Positions 9,993 to 20,717 of a DNA stretch of 64,000 nucleotides are shown here, piece after piece. Within the stretch, counting starts at the first letter, position 1. Each line of letters opens with the position of its first letter. The notes under the pieces were generated by a model, which saw only the letters and a list, made by a program, of their open reading frames with translations, searched no databases and had not been told where the DNA came from. The position numbers were made by a program, and so were the translations under genes. The DNA lies in NCBI GenBank assembly GCA_963739205.1, contig CAVTZJ010000003.1, positions 205,902-269,901 of the forward strand. The letters run 5' to 3'. This DNA comes from an uncultured Pseudomonadota bacterium. GTDB taxonomy: Bacteria; Pseudomonadota; Gammaproteobacteria; Burkholderiales; SG8-39.

Positions 9993-10744
9993 TGGGCGAA
10001 CCGGGCGCAAAGCCGCGCGGCGGTCCGGCGCTGCATTGGTGGCGGCTCAAGCGCAGCCTCGCGCGCCGCTGGCGCGCATGGCGCATGCCGCGCGGCTTCC
10101 GGCGCCTGGGCACGCGCTACGGCGGGTGGTGGGTCTACGGCCCTGCCATCGGCCGCGACCCCTTGCTCGTCGATTGCGGGCTGGGCTTCGACTTGAGCTT
10201 CCCGGAGGCCTTCCTGCGCCGCTTCGGCGGGCGCGCGATAGGCGTCGACCCGAACCCGCGCGCGCTCGAGTACGCGCGCGCGCATCGGCCGGCGAACATG
10301 GAAGTGCGCGCCGCCGCGCTGTGGAGCGAAGCCGGCCGCACGCTCGAGTTCCACATGCCGCGCCGCGCGGAGGACCTGCCGCAGGGCGCCGACGGGGTTT
10401 CGGGCAGCCTGCTGGCGAGCCACGCCTACGTGGGCGAGGAGCGGATCGCGGTGCGCAGCACCTCGCTCGAGGAGCTTCTCGCCCAGGCCGGGCGCGCCGA
10501 ATGCGACGTGCTCAAGCTGGACATCGAGGGGGCCGAATACGAGGTGCTCGAGGCGCTCTGCGCGAGCGGCGCGATCCGGCGTGCGCGCCAGCTTCTCGCC
10601 GAATTCCACCACGGCTGGACCGAACATCCGCTCGAGCACACGCAGGCGCTCGCCGCGAAGATCGAGGCAGCCGGTTTCGAGCTCGCGCACACGGAGAACC
10701 GCAACTACCTGTTCGTCCGGCGCGACACCCGCCATGGCCGCTGA
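9992..10744 (+). CDS. FkbM-family methyltransferase
   Basis: ATG overlaps the upstream TGA. LGTRYGGWW, DCGLGFDLSF, GVDPNP, DVLKLDIEGAEYEVL. Confidence 0.82.
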   Translation: MGEPGAKPRGGPALHWWRLKRSLARRWRAWRMPRGFRRLGTRYGGWWVYGPAIGRDPLLVDCGLGFDLSFPEAFLRRFGGRAIGVDPNPRALEYARAHRPANMEVRAAALWSEAGRTLEFHMPRRAEDLPQGADGVSGSLLASHAYVGEERIAVRSTSLEELLAQAGRAECDVLKLDIEGAEYEVLEALCASGAIRRARQLLAEFHHGWTEHPLEHTQALAAKIEAAGFELAHTENRNYLFVRRDTRHGR

Positions 10745-11756
10745 GCTCACCGCGCCGGGCAGCATTCTATTCATCAACGTCTCGCGCATCGGCGACACGC
10801 TGCTCGCCACGCCCGCCTTGCGCGCGCTCTCCTATGCCTGGCCCAAGGCGCGCATCACCGTGCTCGCGCACCCCAAGCGTGCCGAGATCCTGCAGCACCT
10901 GCCCTTCGTCGCCGAGCTCGGCACGATCACCAAGCAACGCGCCTTCTGGCGCGGCCGATTCAGCGGCCGGCGCTGGGACTTGGCGGTCGCGCTCGGCTTC
11001 GACACGCAACTGGTCGCCTACGCCGAGCGCGTGGCGGACAAGGTTGTCGCGTTTCGCCAGGATGATGTCTATTACAACGACCGCTTGTTCGGCTGCATCG
11101 AGCGGCCAGCGTTTCAAAGCCTGCATTCCGCTTTCTACCCGCTCCTCCTGACGCAATCGATCGGCGTCCCCGATGTTGGACACCGGCTCGCCTACGTCGT
11201 CACGCCGGAAGAGCACGAGTGGGCGCGCGCCGCGCTCGGACGCGTAGTGCCGGTGGGCGCGCGGCCGGTCGTCGGCCTGCAGGTCGCGAGCTTCCCGACC
11301 AAGGGCTACCGCGACTGGCCGGTCGCGCAATTCGCCGCGCTTTGCGCGCGCATCGCCGCGCGTTGGCCGCGCGCGCATTTCGTGCTGCTCGGGGGCAAGC
11401 TCGAGCGGCCGCGCATCGACGAACTGGCGGCTCAGCTCGGCGCGCGCGCAAGCTCGTTCGCCGGCAAGCTCACGCTGCGCCAGAGCGCCGCGGTGATGAG
11501 CCGCCTGGATCTGTACGTTGGAGTGGACACCGGGCCGACGCACATCATGGGCGCGCTCGAGCCGCCGATGGTGGCGCTGTACCACTGCTACTCGCCGAGC
11601 CGGCTGCTCGCGCCGCTCGAGCGCCCCGCATGCTACGTCGTCGATCACCCGCGCGCAGCCGAGGGCTGCGGGCCCGAGACGCCGATGGCGGAAATCGAGG
11701 TCGATACCGTGTGGCAGAAGGTGCTCGAAGCGCTCGCGCCGCATTCCGCGGCATGA
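10734..11756 (+). CDS. GT9 heptosyltransferase-like glycosyltransferase
   Basis: ILFINVSRIGDTLLATP, KLTLRQSAAVM, YVGVDTGPTHIMGAL. Confidence 0.88.
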   Translation: MAAELTAPGSILFINVSRIGDTLLATPALRALSYAWPKARITVLAHPKRAEILQHLPFVAELGTITKQRAFWRGRFSGRRWDLAVALGFDTQLVAYAERVADKVVAFRQDDVYYNDRLFGCIERPAFQSLHSAFYPLLLTQSIGVPDVGHRLAYVVTPEEHEWARAALGRVVPVGARPVVGLQVASFPTKGYRDWPVAQFAALCARIAARWPRAHFVLLGGKLERPRIDELAAQLGARASSFAGKLTLRQSAAVMSRLDLYVGVDTGPTHIMGALEPPMVALYHCYSPSRLLAPLERPACYVVDHPRAAEGCGPETPMAEIEVDTVWQKVLEALAPHSAA

Positions 11757-12822
11757 ACTTCGCGCTCGTCACCACCAACCTGCGAGGGGGCGGTGCGGAG
11801 AAATCCATGTTGCGCCTCGCCGCCGCGCTCGCCGCGCGCGGCCACTGCGTGCGCTTAATCCTGCTCGAGCACCGGGTCGAGCACCAGCTGCCCGCGGGAA
11901 TCGAGCTGCACGTGCTCACGGCGCCCGGCCGAGCGATCGGCAAGGGCTTGCTCGGGCGAATGCTCGCCGCCGTGCGATTGCGCGCGCTCTACCGCAGGCT
12001 CGGCCTGGGCGGCGACTGCCTGACCGTGTCCACCCTGCCGTTCGCCGACCGCGTGGTCGCTGCGGCGCGACTGCCGAACGTCTGGTTTCGCATCGCCAAC
12101 ACGCTGTCGGCCGAGATCGAACGCCTCGCGCCGGCGAAGCGCGCGCGACGGCTTGCGCGCTACCGGCGCCTTTACGAAGGACGCAATCTGGTGGCCGTTT
12201 CGGACGGCGTGGCCGCCGACCTGCGCAATGCGCTCGGCCTTGAGCTCGCGCGCATCGTGCGCATCTACGGCGGCTTCGATCTCGCGGCGCTGCGCGCGGC
12301 GGCAGCGCGCCCCGAGCCCGATCTGCCGCGCGAGCCCTTCGTGCTGCACGCCGGCCGCTTCATGCCGCAGAAGCGCCACGACCTACTGCTCGACGCCTGG
12401 GCCGCGGCGCGGCTTCCGCACAGGCTCGTCCTTCTGACGCAACCTTCCCCGAGCTCGAGTCGTTGATCTCGTCGCGAGGGCTGAAGGAGCGGGTGCTCGT
12501 CGCCGGCTTCCGGCCCAACCCCTATCCATGGATGCGCGCCGCCGAGCTGCTGGTGCTCTGCTCGGACCGCGAGGGCATGCCGAACGTGCTCGTCGAGGCG
12601 CTCGCCTGCGGCACGCGCGTGGTGAGCACCGACTGCCCCTCGGGTCCGCGCGAGGTGCTGCGCGGCGAGCTCGCACGCTGGCTGGTACCGTGCGGCGATG
12701 CCGAAGCGCTTGCACACACTATGCGCGCGGCGCTCGAGGCGCCGCGCCCGGGGCCGGACGCCGTGCCGCCGGAATTTACGGCCTCGCGCATGGCGGCCGA
12801 ATACGAGGCATTGGCGCAATGA
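11753..12822 (+). CDS. GT4 glycosyltransferase (WabH-like N-terminus), split by a 1-nt frameshift near 12447-12450
   Basis: TNLRGGGAEKS N-terminus. One extra C in the CCCC run gives LTQPSPELESLISSRG and joins the C-terminal SDREGMPNVLVEALACG motif. Confidence 0.85.
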
Positions 12823-13643
12823 ACGAACGCTCGCCCAAAGACCGGTTCGAGTTCGGGCGGAACTGGCAGGAGTACTCCACGCTCGTCGACGAGGCTCGCA
12901 TCGCCGAGGCGAAGCGTAGGCTCGCCTCGATGCTCGGAACGAATGACCTCGCCGGGCGCAGCTTCCTGGACGTCGGCTGCGGATCCGGCCTGCATTCGCT
13001 CGCGGCGCTCGGGATGGGTGCCGGACGCGTGGTTGCCATCGACCTCGATCCGCGATCGGTCGCCACGACCGCCGCCTTGCTCGAGCGCTTCGCGCCCGGC
13101 CACCGTGCAGTCGTCAAGGAGATGAGCGCCTTCGACCTCGAGGGTCAACCGTTCGGTCGATTCGACATCGTCTACTCTTGGGGCGTGCTGCACCACACCG
13201 GAGACATGGCGCGCGCCCTCAAAGCGGCTGCGGGCTGTACGAAGCCGGGCGGCCTGTTCGCCGTCGCGCTGTATGGCAAGACACGCTTCTGCGCCATTTG
13301 GAAGCGCATCAAGCGCTGGTACGTCAACGCGTCGCCTGACAAGCAGGCGTGGGCCGAAAGGACCTACGTTCGCCTGTTCGGCGCGTATTTGCTGCTGAGA
13401 GGCAAGCGACTGGCGACGCACATCAGGAACTACGACCGCAAACGCGGGATGGACTTCCACCATGACGTGCGCGACTGGATCGGTGGCTATCCCTATGAAT
13501 CGATCGCGCCCGACGAGCTGGCCGCGCTGCTCGAGCCGCTCGGCTTCGCAATCGTCTGGAAGAAGACGAAGAGACGCTCCGGCCTGTTCGGTTCCGGCAA
13601 CGACGAATACCTTCTGCGATGTGCGGGATCCTCGCCCTTGTAG
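12819..13643 (+). CDS. Class I SAM-dependent methyltransferase
   Basis: ATGA-coupled start. RFEFGRNW, SFLDVGCGSG, FDIVYSWGVLHHTG, DWIGGYPYE. Confidence 0.88.
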   Translation: MNERSPKDRFEFGRNWQEYSTLVDEARIAEAKRRLASMLGTNDLAGRSFLDVGCGSGLHSLAALGMGAGRVVAIDLDPRSVATTAALLERFAPGHRAVVKEMSAFDLEGQPFGRFDIVYSWGVLHHTGDMARALKAAAGCTKPGGLFAVALYGKTRFCAIWKRIKRWYVNASPDKQAWAERTYVRLFGAYLLLRGKRLATHIRNYDRKRGMDFHHDVRDWIGGYPYESIAPDELAALLEPLGFAIVWKKTKRRSGLFGSGNDEYLLRCAGSSPL

Positions 13644-15445
13644 ATACGCCGTGGCAGCAAGCCGGGGTAGCGGCGCTGCGTCCACTCGAGCCGCGCGGCC
13701 CTGACGGAACGGCCTTCTGGGAGAAGGACGGCGCGCTGCTCGGCCACGCGCGGCTCTCGGTCATCGATCTGGAAGGCGGCGCGCAGCCCATGGCGAGCGC
13801 GGACGGCCGCTACGTGCTCGCCTACAACGGCGAGCTGTACAACTTCCGCGCGCTGCGCGCCGAGCTCGAGGCGCGCGGGCACCTGTTCCGCACGCGCTCG
13901 GATACCGAGGTGCTGCTGTGCGCCCTGATCGAGTGGGGCCGCGGCGCGCTCGCCCGGCTGGACGGCATGTTCGCTTTTGCGCTGTGGGACGCGCGCGAGC
14001 GGACGCTCCTCGCCGCGCGCGACCGCCTGGGCATCAAGCCGCTCTTTTATTCGACCCACCAGGGCCTCGCGCTCGCCTCGACGCTCGCGCCGTTCCTCGC
14101 GCTCGAGGGCTTCCCGCGCCGACTCGACTACGAGGCGCTGCGCGACTACCTCGCGTTCCAGACGCCGCTCGCGCCCGCCACCTTTCTCGCCGGGGTGCGC
14201 CAGCTGCCGCCGGCGCACTGGCTGGAATGGCAGGCGGAAGGCGGCGCGGCACGGATCGGGTCCTACTGGAAGATTCCCGATCCGCCCAAAGCGAATGTCC
14301 CGGCGTCCACCGCCGAGCTGGACACTCTGCTGCGTCGTACGGTCGAGGAACAGCTCGTCTCCGATGTACCGCTCGGCGCGTTTCTCTCGGGCGGCATCGA
14401 CAGCAGCCTGATCGTGCACTACATGGCCGAGGCCGGCGCCCGACCTCTGCTCACCTTCAGCGTGCGCTTCCCGGAAGAAGGCTACGACGAATCGCCGGCC
14501 GCACTCGCGGTCGCGCGCCGCTACGGCACCGAGCACCACGTGCTGGAGGCGCCGCGCATCGGCGCCGACGAGCTCGTGCGCGCGCTCGCGTCGCTCGACC
14601 AGCCGCTCGCCGACCCGGCCTTCGTGCCGACCTACGAGCTCGCCGCGCTCACGCGCCGCCACGTCACGGTCGCGCTCTCGGGTGACGGAGGCGACGAGCT
14701 GTTCGGCGGTTACGCGCGCTTCCTCGACACCGAGGACTGCTATCCGGACAGCGCCGCCAAGCGCCTGCTGCGCGCGCTGCTGCGCGCGCGCCTCGCCCCG
14801 GGTGCGCTGCTGCGGCGCAGCCTCGCCGGGCAGGAGGCGCTCCTCTACCGCAAGGTCGAGCTTGGGCCCTGGCCGGTGTCGAGGAAGAGCCTCGCGCGCT
14901 ACCTCGCGCCGCAGGCGCTGGCGCAGAGCCGGCCCGAGGCGACGCTCGAGCGCTGGCGCGCGCTCGCGCGCGCCTTCGGCGGCAGGATGGACAGCGCTGC
15001 GCTGATGCGCGCCGATTTGTGGACCTATCTGAGCGAGAACTGTCTCGCCAAGACCGACCGCGCAAGCATGGCGCACGGGCTGGAAGTGCGCGTGCCGCTG
15101 CTCGGCAACGCGCTCGCCGATTTCGCGCTCGCGCAGCCTGCGGAACGCCACCTCGCGCCCGAGCCGAAGGCGTTGCTGCGCGCGCTCGCGCGCGAGAAAC
15201 TGCCGCGCGAGGTGTGGGACCGGCCGAAGCACGGCTTCTCGGTGCCTCTGCTCGCGAACTTCAACGGCCCGTGGCGCGAGCTGTGCGAGCACGCGGTGGC
15301 GCGCACGGGCGAGCTCGCGCCGTTCCTCGACGCGCGCGCGGTGGCGGCGCTGTGGCGCAGCGCGCGCACCGGCCGTGCCTCGCGGCGGCTCGCCTACACC
15401 TTCGTCGTGCTGCTCCTGTGGCTCGAGCGGCACCGGCTGTCGTGA
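13619..15445 (+). CDS. AsnB-family glutamine amidotransferase (WbpS/WbqG-type glycan amidase rather than housekeeping asparagine synthase)
   Basis: N-terminal MCGI (Ntn Cys), RGPD, YNGELYN, RDRLGIKPLFY, LSGGIDSS, SGDGGDELFGGY, PKHGF; embedded in an LPS operon. Confidence 0.9.
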   Translation: MCGILALVDTPWQQAGVAALRPLEPRGPDGTAFWEKDGALLGHARLSVIDLEGGAQPMASADGRYVLAYNGELYNFRALRAELEARGHLFRTRSDTEVLLCALIEWGRGALARLDGMFAFALWDARERTLLAARDRLGIKPLFYSTHQGLALASTLAPFLALEGFPRRLDYEALRDYLAFQTPLAPATFLAGVRQLPPAHWLEWQAEGGAARIGSYWKIPDPPKANVPASTAELDTLLRRTVEEQLVSDVPLGAFLSGGIDSSLIVHYMAEAGARPLLTFSVRFPEEGYDESPAALAVARRYGTEHHVLEAPRIGADELVRALASLDQPLADPAFVPTYELAALTRRHVTVALSGDGGDELFGGYARFLDTEDCYPDSAAKRLLRALLRARLAPGALLRRSLAGQEALLYRKVELGPWPVSRKSLARYLAPQALAQSRPEATLERWRALARAFGGRMDSAALMRADLWTYLSENCLAKTDRASMAHGLEVRVPLLGNALADFALAQPAERHLAPEPKALLRALAREKLPREVWDRPKHGFSVPLLANFNGPWRELCEHAVARTGELAPFLDARAVAALWRSARTGRASRRLAYTFVVLLLWLERHRLS

Positions 15446-15453
15446 CACGCCCG

Positions 15454-16596
15454 ATGTTCGACACTTGCGTGCAGGTCAACCTGCAGCGCGGTTTCGGCGG
15501 CGGTGAAGTGTACACGGCGGCCTTCGCACATGCGCTGCAGGCCGCAGGCGTCGGGACGCATCTGTTCATCGACCCGCTGGCGCAAGGCTGGGGCGTGCTC
15601 GCGATGCCCGCGGCTCGTATCGAGTCGCTCTCGCGTCCGGAGAGCCTGGTCGAGCGATTGCGCGACGGGCCGCCGCGCTGGCTCGCGTTCCACACCTTTG
15701 CTCCGGCCGAAATCATCGAGGCGCTGCGCGCGCAGGGACACCTCGTCACGGCGTTCGCGCACATGCCGCTCACCGGCCGCACTCCAATCCCGCTACGGCC
15801 GTTCGACCTGGTGCTCGCGGTGTCGCGCTACGTGATCGCGAGCGTGCGCGCCGCGGGCCTCGAGCGCGTGTACCCCGAGCCGCTGTACGGCGTGGCCGAC
15901 CTCGCCCCGCGCGGGGCGGGCGGCGGACCGCTGCGGCAACGCTCGCGCTACGACTGGGACCGAAGGAAATTCCGCGACCGCGTGGCGGGGCTTCTCGAGC
16001 CGCTCGCCGAGCCGTTTCGCCGCCGACCGGTCTACGCGCGCCGCCCCGGATTGACCCTGGGCGTGGTCTCGCGCCTGACGCCGATCAAGCAGTTCCCCGA
16101 GCTTTTCAGCCTTATCGCGCCGGTGCTCGCGCGCCTGCCGCAGGTGAACCTGGAGATCTTCGGCAGCGGCGGCTTCGCCTCCGTGCGCGACCTCGAGCGC
16201 GCGCTCGCGCCGATCAGGGACCGCGTGCGCTTCTGGGGCCATCAGGCCGACGTCGCGGCCGCGTATCGCGCCATCGACTTCCTGCTCGCCGGGCTGCCGG
16301 AGAAGGAGGCGTTGGGCCTCAACGTCATCGAGGCGCAGGCCTGCGGCACGCCGGTGCTCGCGCCCGATGCGCCGCCTTTCGACGAGACGGTGGCGCACGG
16401 CGTCACGGGCCTCAGGTACCGCGACCCGCGCGCCGACGCGGGCGCGGATTTCGAGCGCACGCTGCGCGCGATCCTCTCAGGAGGCTTTCGTTTCGACGCG
16501 CAAGGCGCCCGATCGCATCTCGCGCAGTTCAGCGAAGACGCCTTCGCGCGGCGCGCAGCGGCGCTGCTCGTCTATTTGAAGGCGCTCAGGCCATGA
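15454..16596 (+). CDS. GT4-like glycosyltransferase
   Basis: GFGGGEVY, GVVSRLTPIKQ, FWGHQADV, EALGLNVIEAQACG (EX7E). Alternative GTG start at 15442. Confidence 0.8.
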   Translation: MFDTCVQVNLQRGFGGGEVYTAAFAHALQAAGVGTHLFIDPLAQGWGVLAMPAARIESLSRPESLVERLRDGPPRWLAFHTFAPAEIIEALRAQGHLVTAFAHMPLTGRTPIPLRPFDLVLAVSRYVIASVRAAGLERVYPEPLYGVADLAPRGAGGGPLRQRSRYDWDRRKFRDRVAGLLEPLAEPFRRRPVYARRPGLTLGVVSRLTPIKQFPELFSLIAPVLARLPQVNLEIFGSGGFASVRDLERALAPIRDRVRFWGHQADVAAAYRAIDFLLAGLPEKEALGLNVIEAQACGTPVLAPDAPPFDETVAHGVTGLRYRDPRADAGADFERTLRAILSGGFRFDAQGARSHLAQFSEDAFARRAAALLVYLKALRP

Positions 16597-17666
16597 CGCT
16601 CGCGCTCGGCGCGCAAGCGCGCATCCTGGTCGTGCGCCGCGACAACATCGGCGACCTGGTGTGCACCACGCCGCTCATCGCCGGCCTGCGCGCGCGCTAT
16701 CCGCAGGCGCACCTCGCGGCGCTCGTGAACTCCTACAACGCCGAGGTGCTCGAGGGCAACCCGGCGCTCGACGCGGTGCACGTCTACACGAAGCTCAAGC
16801 ATCGTGGCCCTTCGGAAACCGTGCTAGATGTGATCTCGGGAAAACTCAGACTGTTCGCCGCCCTGCGCCGGCCGCGCTTCGACTGCGTGCTGCTCGCCAA
16901 GTCCGGCTTCGACCGCCAGGGGCTCGCGCTCGCGCGCTGGATCGGACCGCGCGCGGTGGTCGGCTTCGCGCCGCCCGGCGGCCGCGGCGCGCGCGGCCTC
17001 ACCGACCCCGTGCCGCCCGTCGCCGCGGAGACGCTGCACGAAGTCGAGGTGCTCGCGCGCCTGGGCGCCGCGCTCGGCGTAGCCGACGCGCTCGGTCCCT
17101 TGCGTGCCTATCCCTCCGCCGCGCGCGCCGCGGAATGGCGCGCCCGACTTCCCCAGCACAGCGGCGAACGCAAGTGGATCGCACTGCACGTCAGCGCGCG
17201 CGAGCCCGGGCGGCATTGGCCTGCGGAGAAGTTCGCCGCGCTCGCCGCGTCGCTTGCCACCGACGCGCGCCTTGGCTTCGTCCTTCTCTGGGCGCCTGGC
17301 GCCGCTGAAGACCCGCGCCATCCGGGCGACGACGCCAAGGCGCAGGCGATCCGCAGCGCGGTCCCGGCCGGCGTGCCGCTCGTCGCCGCGCCGACCGGGC
17401 GGCTCGGCGACCTCACCGCGGTGCTGTCGCTGTGCGACGCGTTCATCGGCGCCGACGGCGGCGCGCTGCACCTCGCCGCGGCGCTCGGCCTGCCGACGGT
17501 CGCGCTGTTCGAGAACCTCGAGCACAAGAAGCGCCACTGGCATCCCTGGCGCGTGCCCTATGAGCTCGTCGCGCCCACGACGCGCGACATCGCCGACATC
17601 GCCGTCGAGCAGGTCGTCGCAGCCTGGCGCCGGCTCGACGCGCGCGTGACCGAGCGTCGGTTATGA
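16593..17666 (+). CDS. GT9 heptosyltransferase-like glycosyltransferase
   Basis: ILVVRRDNIGDLVCTTP, FIGADGGALHLAAALG, HWHPW. Confidence 0.88.
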   Translation: MTLALGAQARILVVRRDNIGDLVCTTPLIAGLRARYPQAHLAALVNSYNAEVLEGNPALDAVHVYTKLKHRGPSETVLDVISGKLRLFAALRRPRFDCVLLAKSGFDRQGLALARWIGPRAVVGFAPPGGRGARGLTDPVPPVAAETLHEVEVLARLGAALGVADALGPLRAYPSAARAAEWRARLPQHSGERKWIALHVSAREPGRHWPAEKFAALAASLATDARLGFVLLWAPGAAEDPRHPGDDAKAQAIRSAVPAGVPLVAAPTGRLGDLTAVLSLCDAFIGADGGALHLAAALGLPTVALFENLEHKKRHWHPWRVPYELVAPTTRDIADIAVEQVVAAWRRLDARVTERRL

Positions 17667-17679
17667 TCGGCCCCGGCCG

Positions 17680-18880
17680 ATGAATCCGCTCGATCTCGCC
17701 GCCTGGTGTGCCGCGCTGTTCCTCGCCGCGAACCTCTTCCCGCACACCGTCGCGCTGCGGCTCACTTTGCTCGTCCTCGGGCTCGCGTTCGTCGGAGTCG
17801 CACTCGCGCGCGCGAAGCGACCGCTCGATCTCAAGGTCCTCCCTCCGCTTCTCGTTCCGATCCTTCTTTGGGCCGCGTGGGCAGCGCTCTCGATCAAGTG
17901 GTCGGTCGAGCCCGAACGCTCGATGAAGGAATACAAGAACGAAGTGGTGTACGTGTTCCTCGGCTACTGGCTGTGCTGGATCGCCGCGCAGGCTCCGGGC
18001 GCGCGCCGCGCCTTCGGCCTGGCGCTCGGCGCCGGCGCCGACGGCGGGCTGCCTGATCGGCCTCTACGTCTACGCCGTTCCCGTGGCCTCTCCCTGGATC
18101 GAGCGCTTCGCGAACGGTCCGGGCGACCAGTCGAGCGCGCTGCTCACGCTCATGCCGCTCGTGCTCCTGGCGATCTGGCTGGCGCGCAAGGAGCGCGTAT
18201 CGCGCGCCTTGTGGGCTTTGCCGCTGCTCATGCTCGCAGCGGCCTACGCGACGCTGAACCGCACGGTGTGGCTCGGCTTCGCGGCCGAGCTCGTCGTTCT
18301 GGCGGCGCTCCTGTTGCCACGGCACGAGTTCACGCGGCTGCGCGCCTCGCGCCGAGCCAGGGCCGTCGGCGGCATCGCCGCCATCGCGCTGGCCGGCGGG
18401 CTCGCGCTGGCGATGGTGCACGTGCAGGAAGACCGGGTCGCGCTCGCGCCGGGTGCAGTGGTCGCCAAGGATCCGCGTTTCGCGATTTGGGCTGAAGCGC
18501 TCGATTCGATCGGGCAGAAGCCGGTCACGGGGCTGGGATTCGGCCGCGGCATCGACCGCCGCTCGCTCACAGAGGAGCTCGGCAACCGGCAGTACTGGCA
18601 CGCGCATAACCTGCTGCTGGAAACCGCCGTCGAAACCGGGCTGCCGGGCGCAGCACTCTTGCTGGTATTGATTTGCGGGCTCGCCTATCGGGGCTGGCGC
18701 CAGGCACGCGGCGCCGACTTTGCCGCTGCCTTCACCGGCGCCGCGCTGGTCGCCGTCGTGGTCGGCATGTTCCTGCGCAACATGACCGACACGCTGCTCG
18801 TGCGCCAGAACGCTCTGCTCTTCTGGGGCGTCGCGGCGCTGCTTCTCGGCGTCGGCGCGCCGCAGGCGAGGCGCGCCTAG
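17680..18880 (+). CDS. O-antigen ligase family (WaaL-like) membrane protein, frameshift near 18040
   Basis: Polytopic hydrophobic protein; TLNRTVW, PRFAIW..I.QKPVTGLGFG, HAHNLLLETAVETG (Wzy_C). Two frames join at GCC-G-ACG. Confidence 0.85.
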
Positions 18881-20717
18881 CCGTTCTGCGCCCGGTATTC
18901 CGGGATCCAGCGCGCGAGCTGCGCGCGCACCTCGCCTGCGGGATGATTGCCGCCGTCCAGCCACGCCAGCACTTCCTGCGCGAGTCCCGGCTGCGAGGCG
19001 GCGGCCGAGCGCGCGATGCGCAGCTTCGGATGCGGCGTCGGCAAAGTGCGCTCGGCGTCGGCGAGCAGCTCCTCGTAGAGCTTCTCCCCCGGCCGCAGGC
19101 CCGTGTACACGATCCTGATGTCGTCCTCCGAGAACCCGGAAAGGCGAATGAGCTGCCGCGCCAGGTCGACGATGCGCACCGGCTCGCCCATGTCGAGCAC
19201 GAAGATCTCGCCGCTCCTGCCCATGAGCGCCGCCTGCAGCACGAGCTGCGCCGCTTCCGGAATCGACATGAAGTAGCGCTGGATCTCCGGATGCGTGACG
19301 GTCACCGGGCCGCCGCGCGCGATCTGCGCGCGAAAGCGCGGGATCACGCTGCCCGTGGAGCCGAGCACGTTGCCGAAGCGCACGATCACGTACTGCGTGC
19401 GCCCCGCCGCGCGCGCCTGGCACAGCAGCTCCGCCAGGCGCTTGGACGCGCCCATGACGTTGGTCGGATTGACCGCCTTGTCGGTCGATACCAGCACGAA
19501 CTTCTCGCAGCCGGCGCGCTCGGCGGCTTCGGCCACCACCGCGGTCGAGCGCACGTTGTTGGCGACCGCCTCGTAGGCGTTCTCCTCCTCCATCAGCGGC
19601 ACGTGCTTGTAGGCCGCGGCGTGGAACACGACCTGCGGCGCGTGCAGGTCGAAGACGTTGCGCACGCGCGCCTCGGATTTCGCGTCGCCGATCACCGCGA
19701 CGACCGCCAGATCGGGAAAGCGGTCGCGGAATTCCTGCTCGATCGCGTACAGGGCGAACTCGGAGATCTCGAACAGCACGAGCTTCGCCGGCGCGAAGCG
19801 CGCGATCTGGCGGCACAGCTCGGAGCCGATCGACCCCCCGGCGCCGGTCACGAGCACGCGCTTGCCCTCGAGCAGCGTCGCGCAGTCCGGCGTCGTCCAG
19901 CGTCACCGGATCGCGCCCGAGCAGGTCGTCGAGCTCGACGTTGCGCAGCGCCGAGACGCTCACCTTGCCGGCGACGATGTCCGCGTAGGCGGGCACCGTC
20001 ATCACCGAGAGTCCTGCCGCGGCGCACAGGTCCACCGCGCGCTTCCTCGCCGCGTGGCTCGCGCCGGGCATCGCGATCACGGCGTGCGTCACGCCGAAGC
20101 GCTGCGCCGCCGCGCCCGCCGACGCGAGCGGCCCGACCACCTTCACGCCCTGGATCGCCGCACCGTGCAGGCGGGCGTTGTCGTCGAGCAGCGCGACCAC
20201 GCGCCACTGCCCGCTGTTCGCCAGGTCGCGCAGCAGCGCCGCGGCGGCGCTGCCCGCGCCGAGCACCAGCACCGGCGCGGCCTCGGGATGGCGCACCAGG
20301 CCGAGCAGCCGCCCTTCCTTCCAGGCGCGGTACAGCAGCCGGCTGCCGCTCATTGCGCCGACCAGCAGCACCGGCGCGATCAGGTACGCCGAGCGCGGCA
20401 CGGGAAAGCCCACGCGGAAGAAGCTGAACGCCGCGGGCACCGCGAGCGCCGCGACCGCCACCGCGAGCAGGATGCGCTGCAGGTCGGGCAGGCTCGCGTA
20501 GCGCCACAGCCCGCGGTACAGGCCGAAGGAGAGGAACACCGCCGCATTGATCGCCATCACCCACGGCAGGCGGGCGAGCATCAGCTCGGAATAGATAGGG
20601 GGCACGTCGAGATTGAAGCGCAGCCAGAAGGCCGCAATCCACGCCACCGCCGCTGCGAGGATCGTCGTGGACAAACGCGAGCAAGACACGCGCGATGAAT
20701 TGGTGGCGGGGGTTCAC
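18877..20717 (-). CDS. WbpM/PglF/CapD-type UDP-GlcNAc 4,6-dehydratase with N-terminal TM segments, frameshifts at about 20663 and 19879
   Basis: AFVHD..AAAVAWIAAFWLRFN, VLGAGSAA, LLGRDPV, VTGAGGSIGSELCRQ, HAAAYKHVP, STDKAVNPTNVMGASK, VRFGNVLGS, GLRPGEKLYEEL. Confidence 0.92.

Noticed and set aside
12447-12450. Phase-variable homopolymer in the GT4 gene
   Set aside because: A run of only 4-5 C is too short for slipped-strand switching; a long-read homopolymer error is more likely.
13493-15448. 651-aa minus-strand ORF opposite the AsnB-like gene
   Set aside because: Shadow ORF typical of high GC: Arg/Ala-rich, no motifs, fully overlapping a well-supported gene.
18673-20427. 584-aa plus-strand ORF opposite the WbpM-like gene
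   Set aside because: Antisense shadow of a conserved gene; no domain signal.
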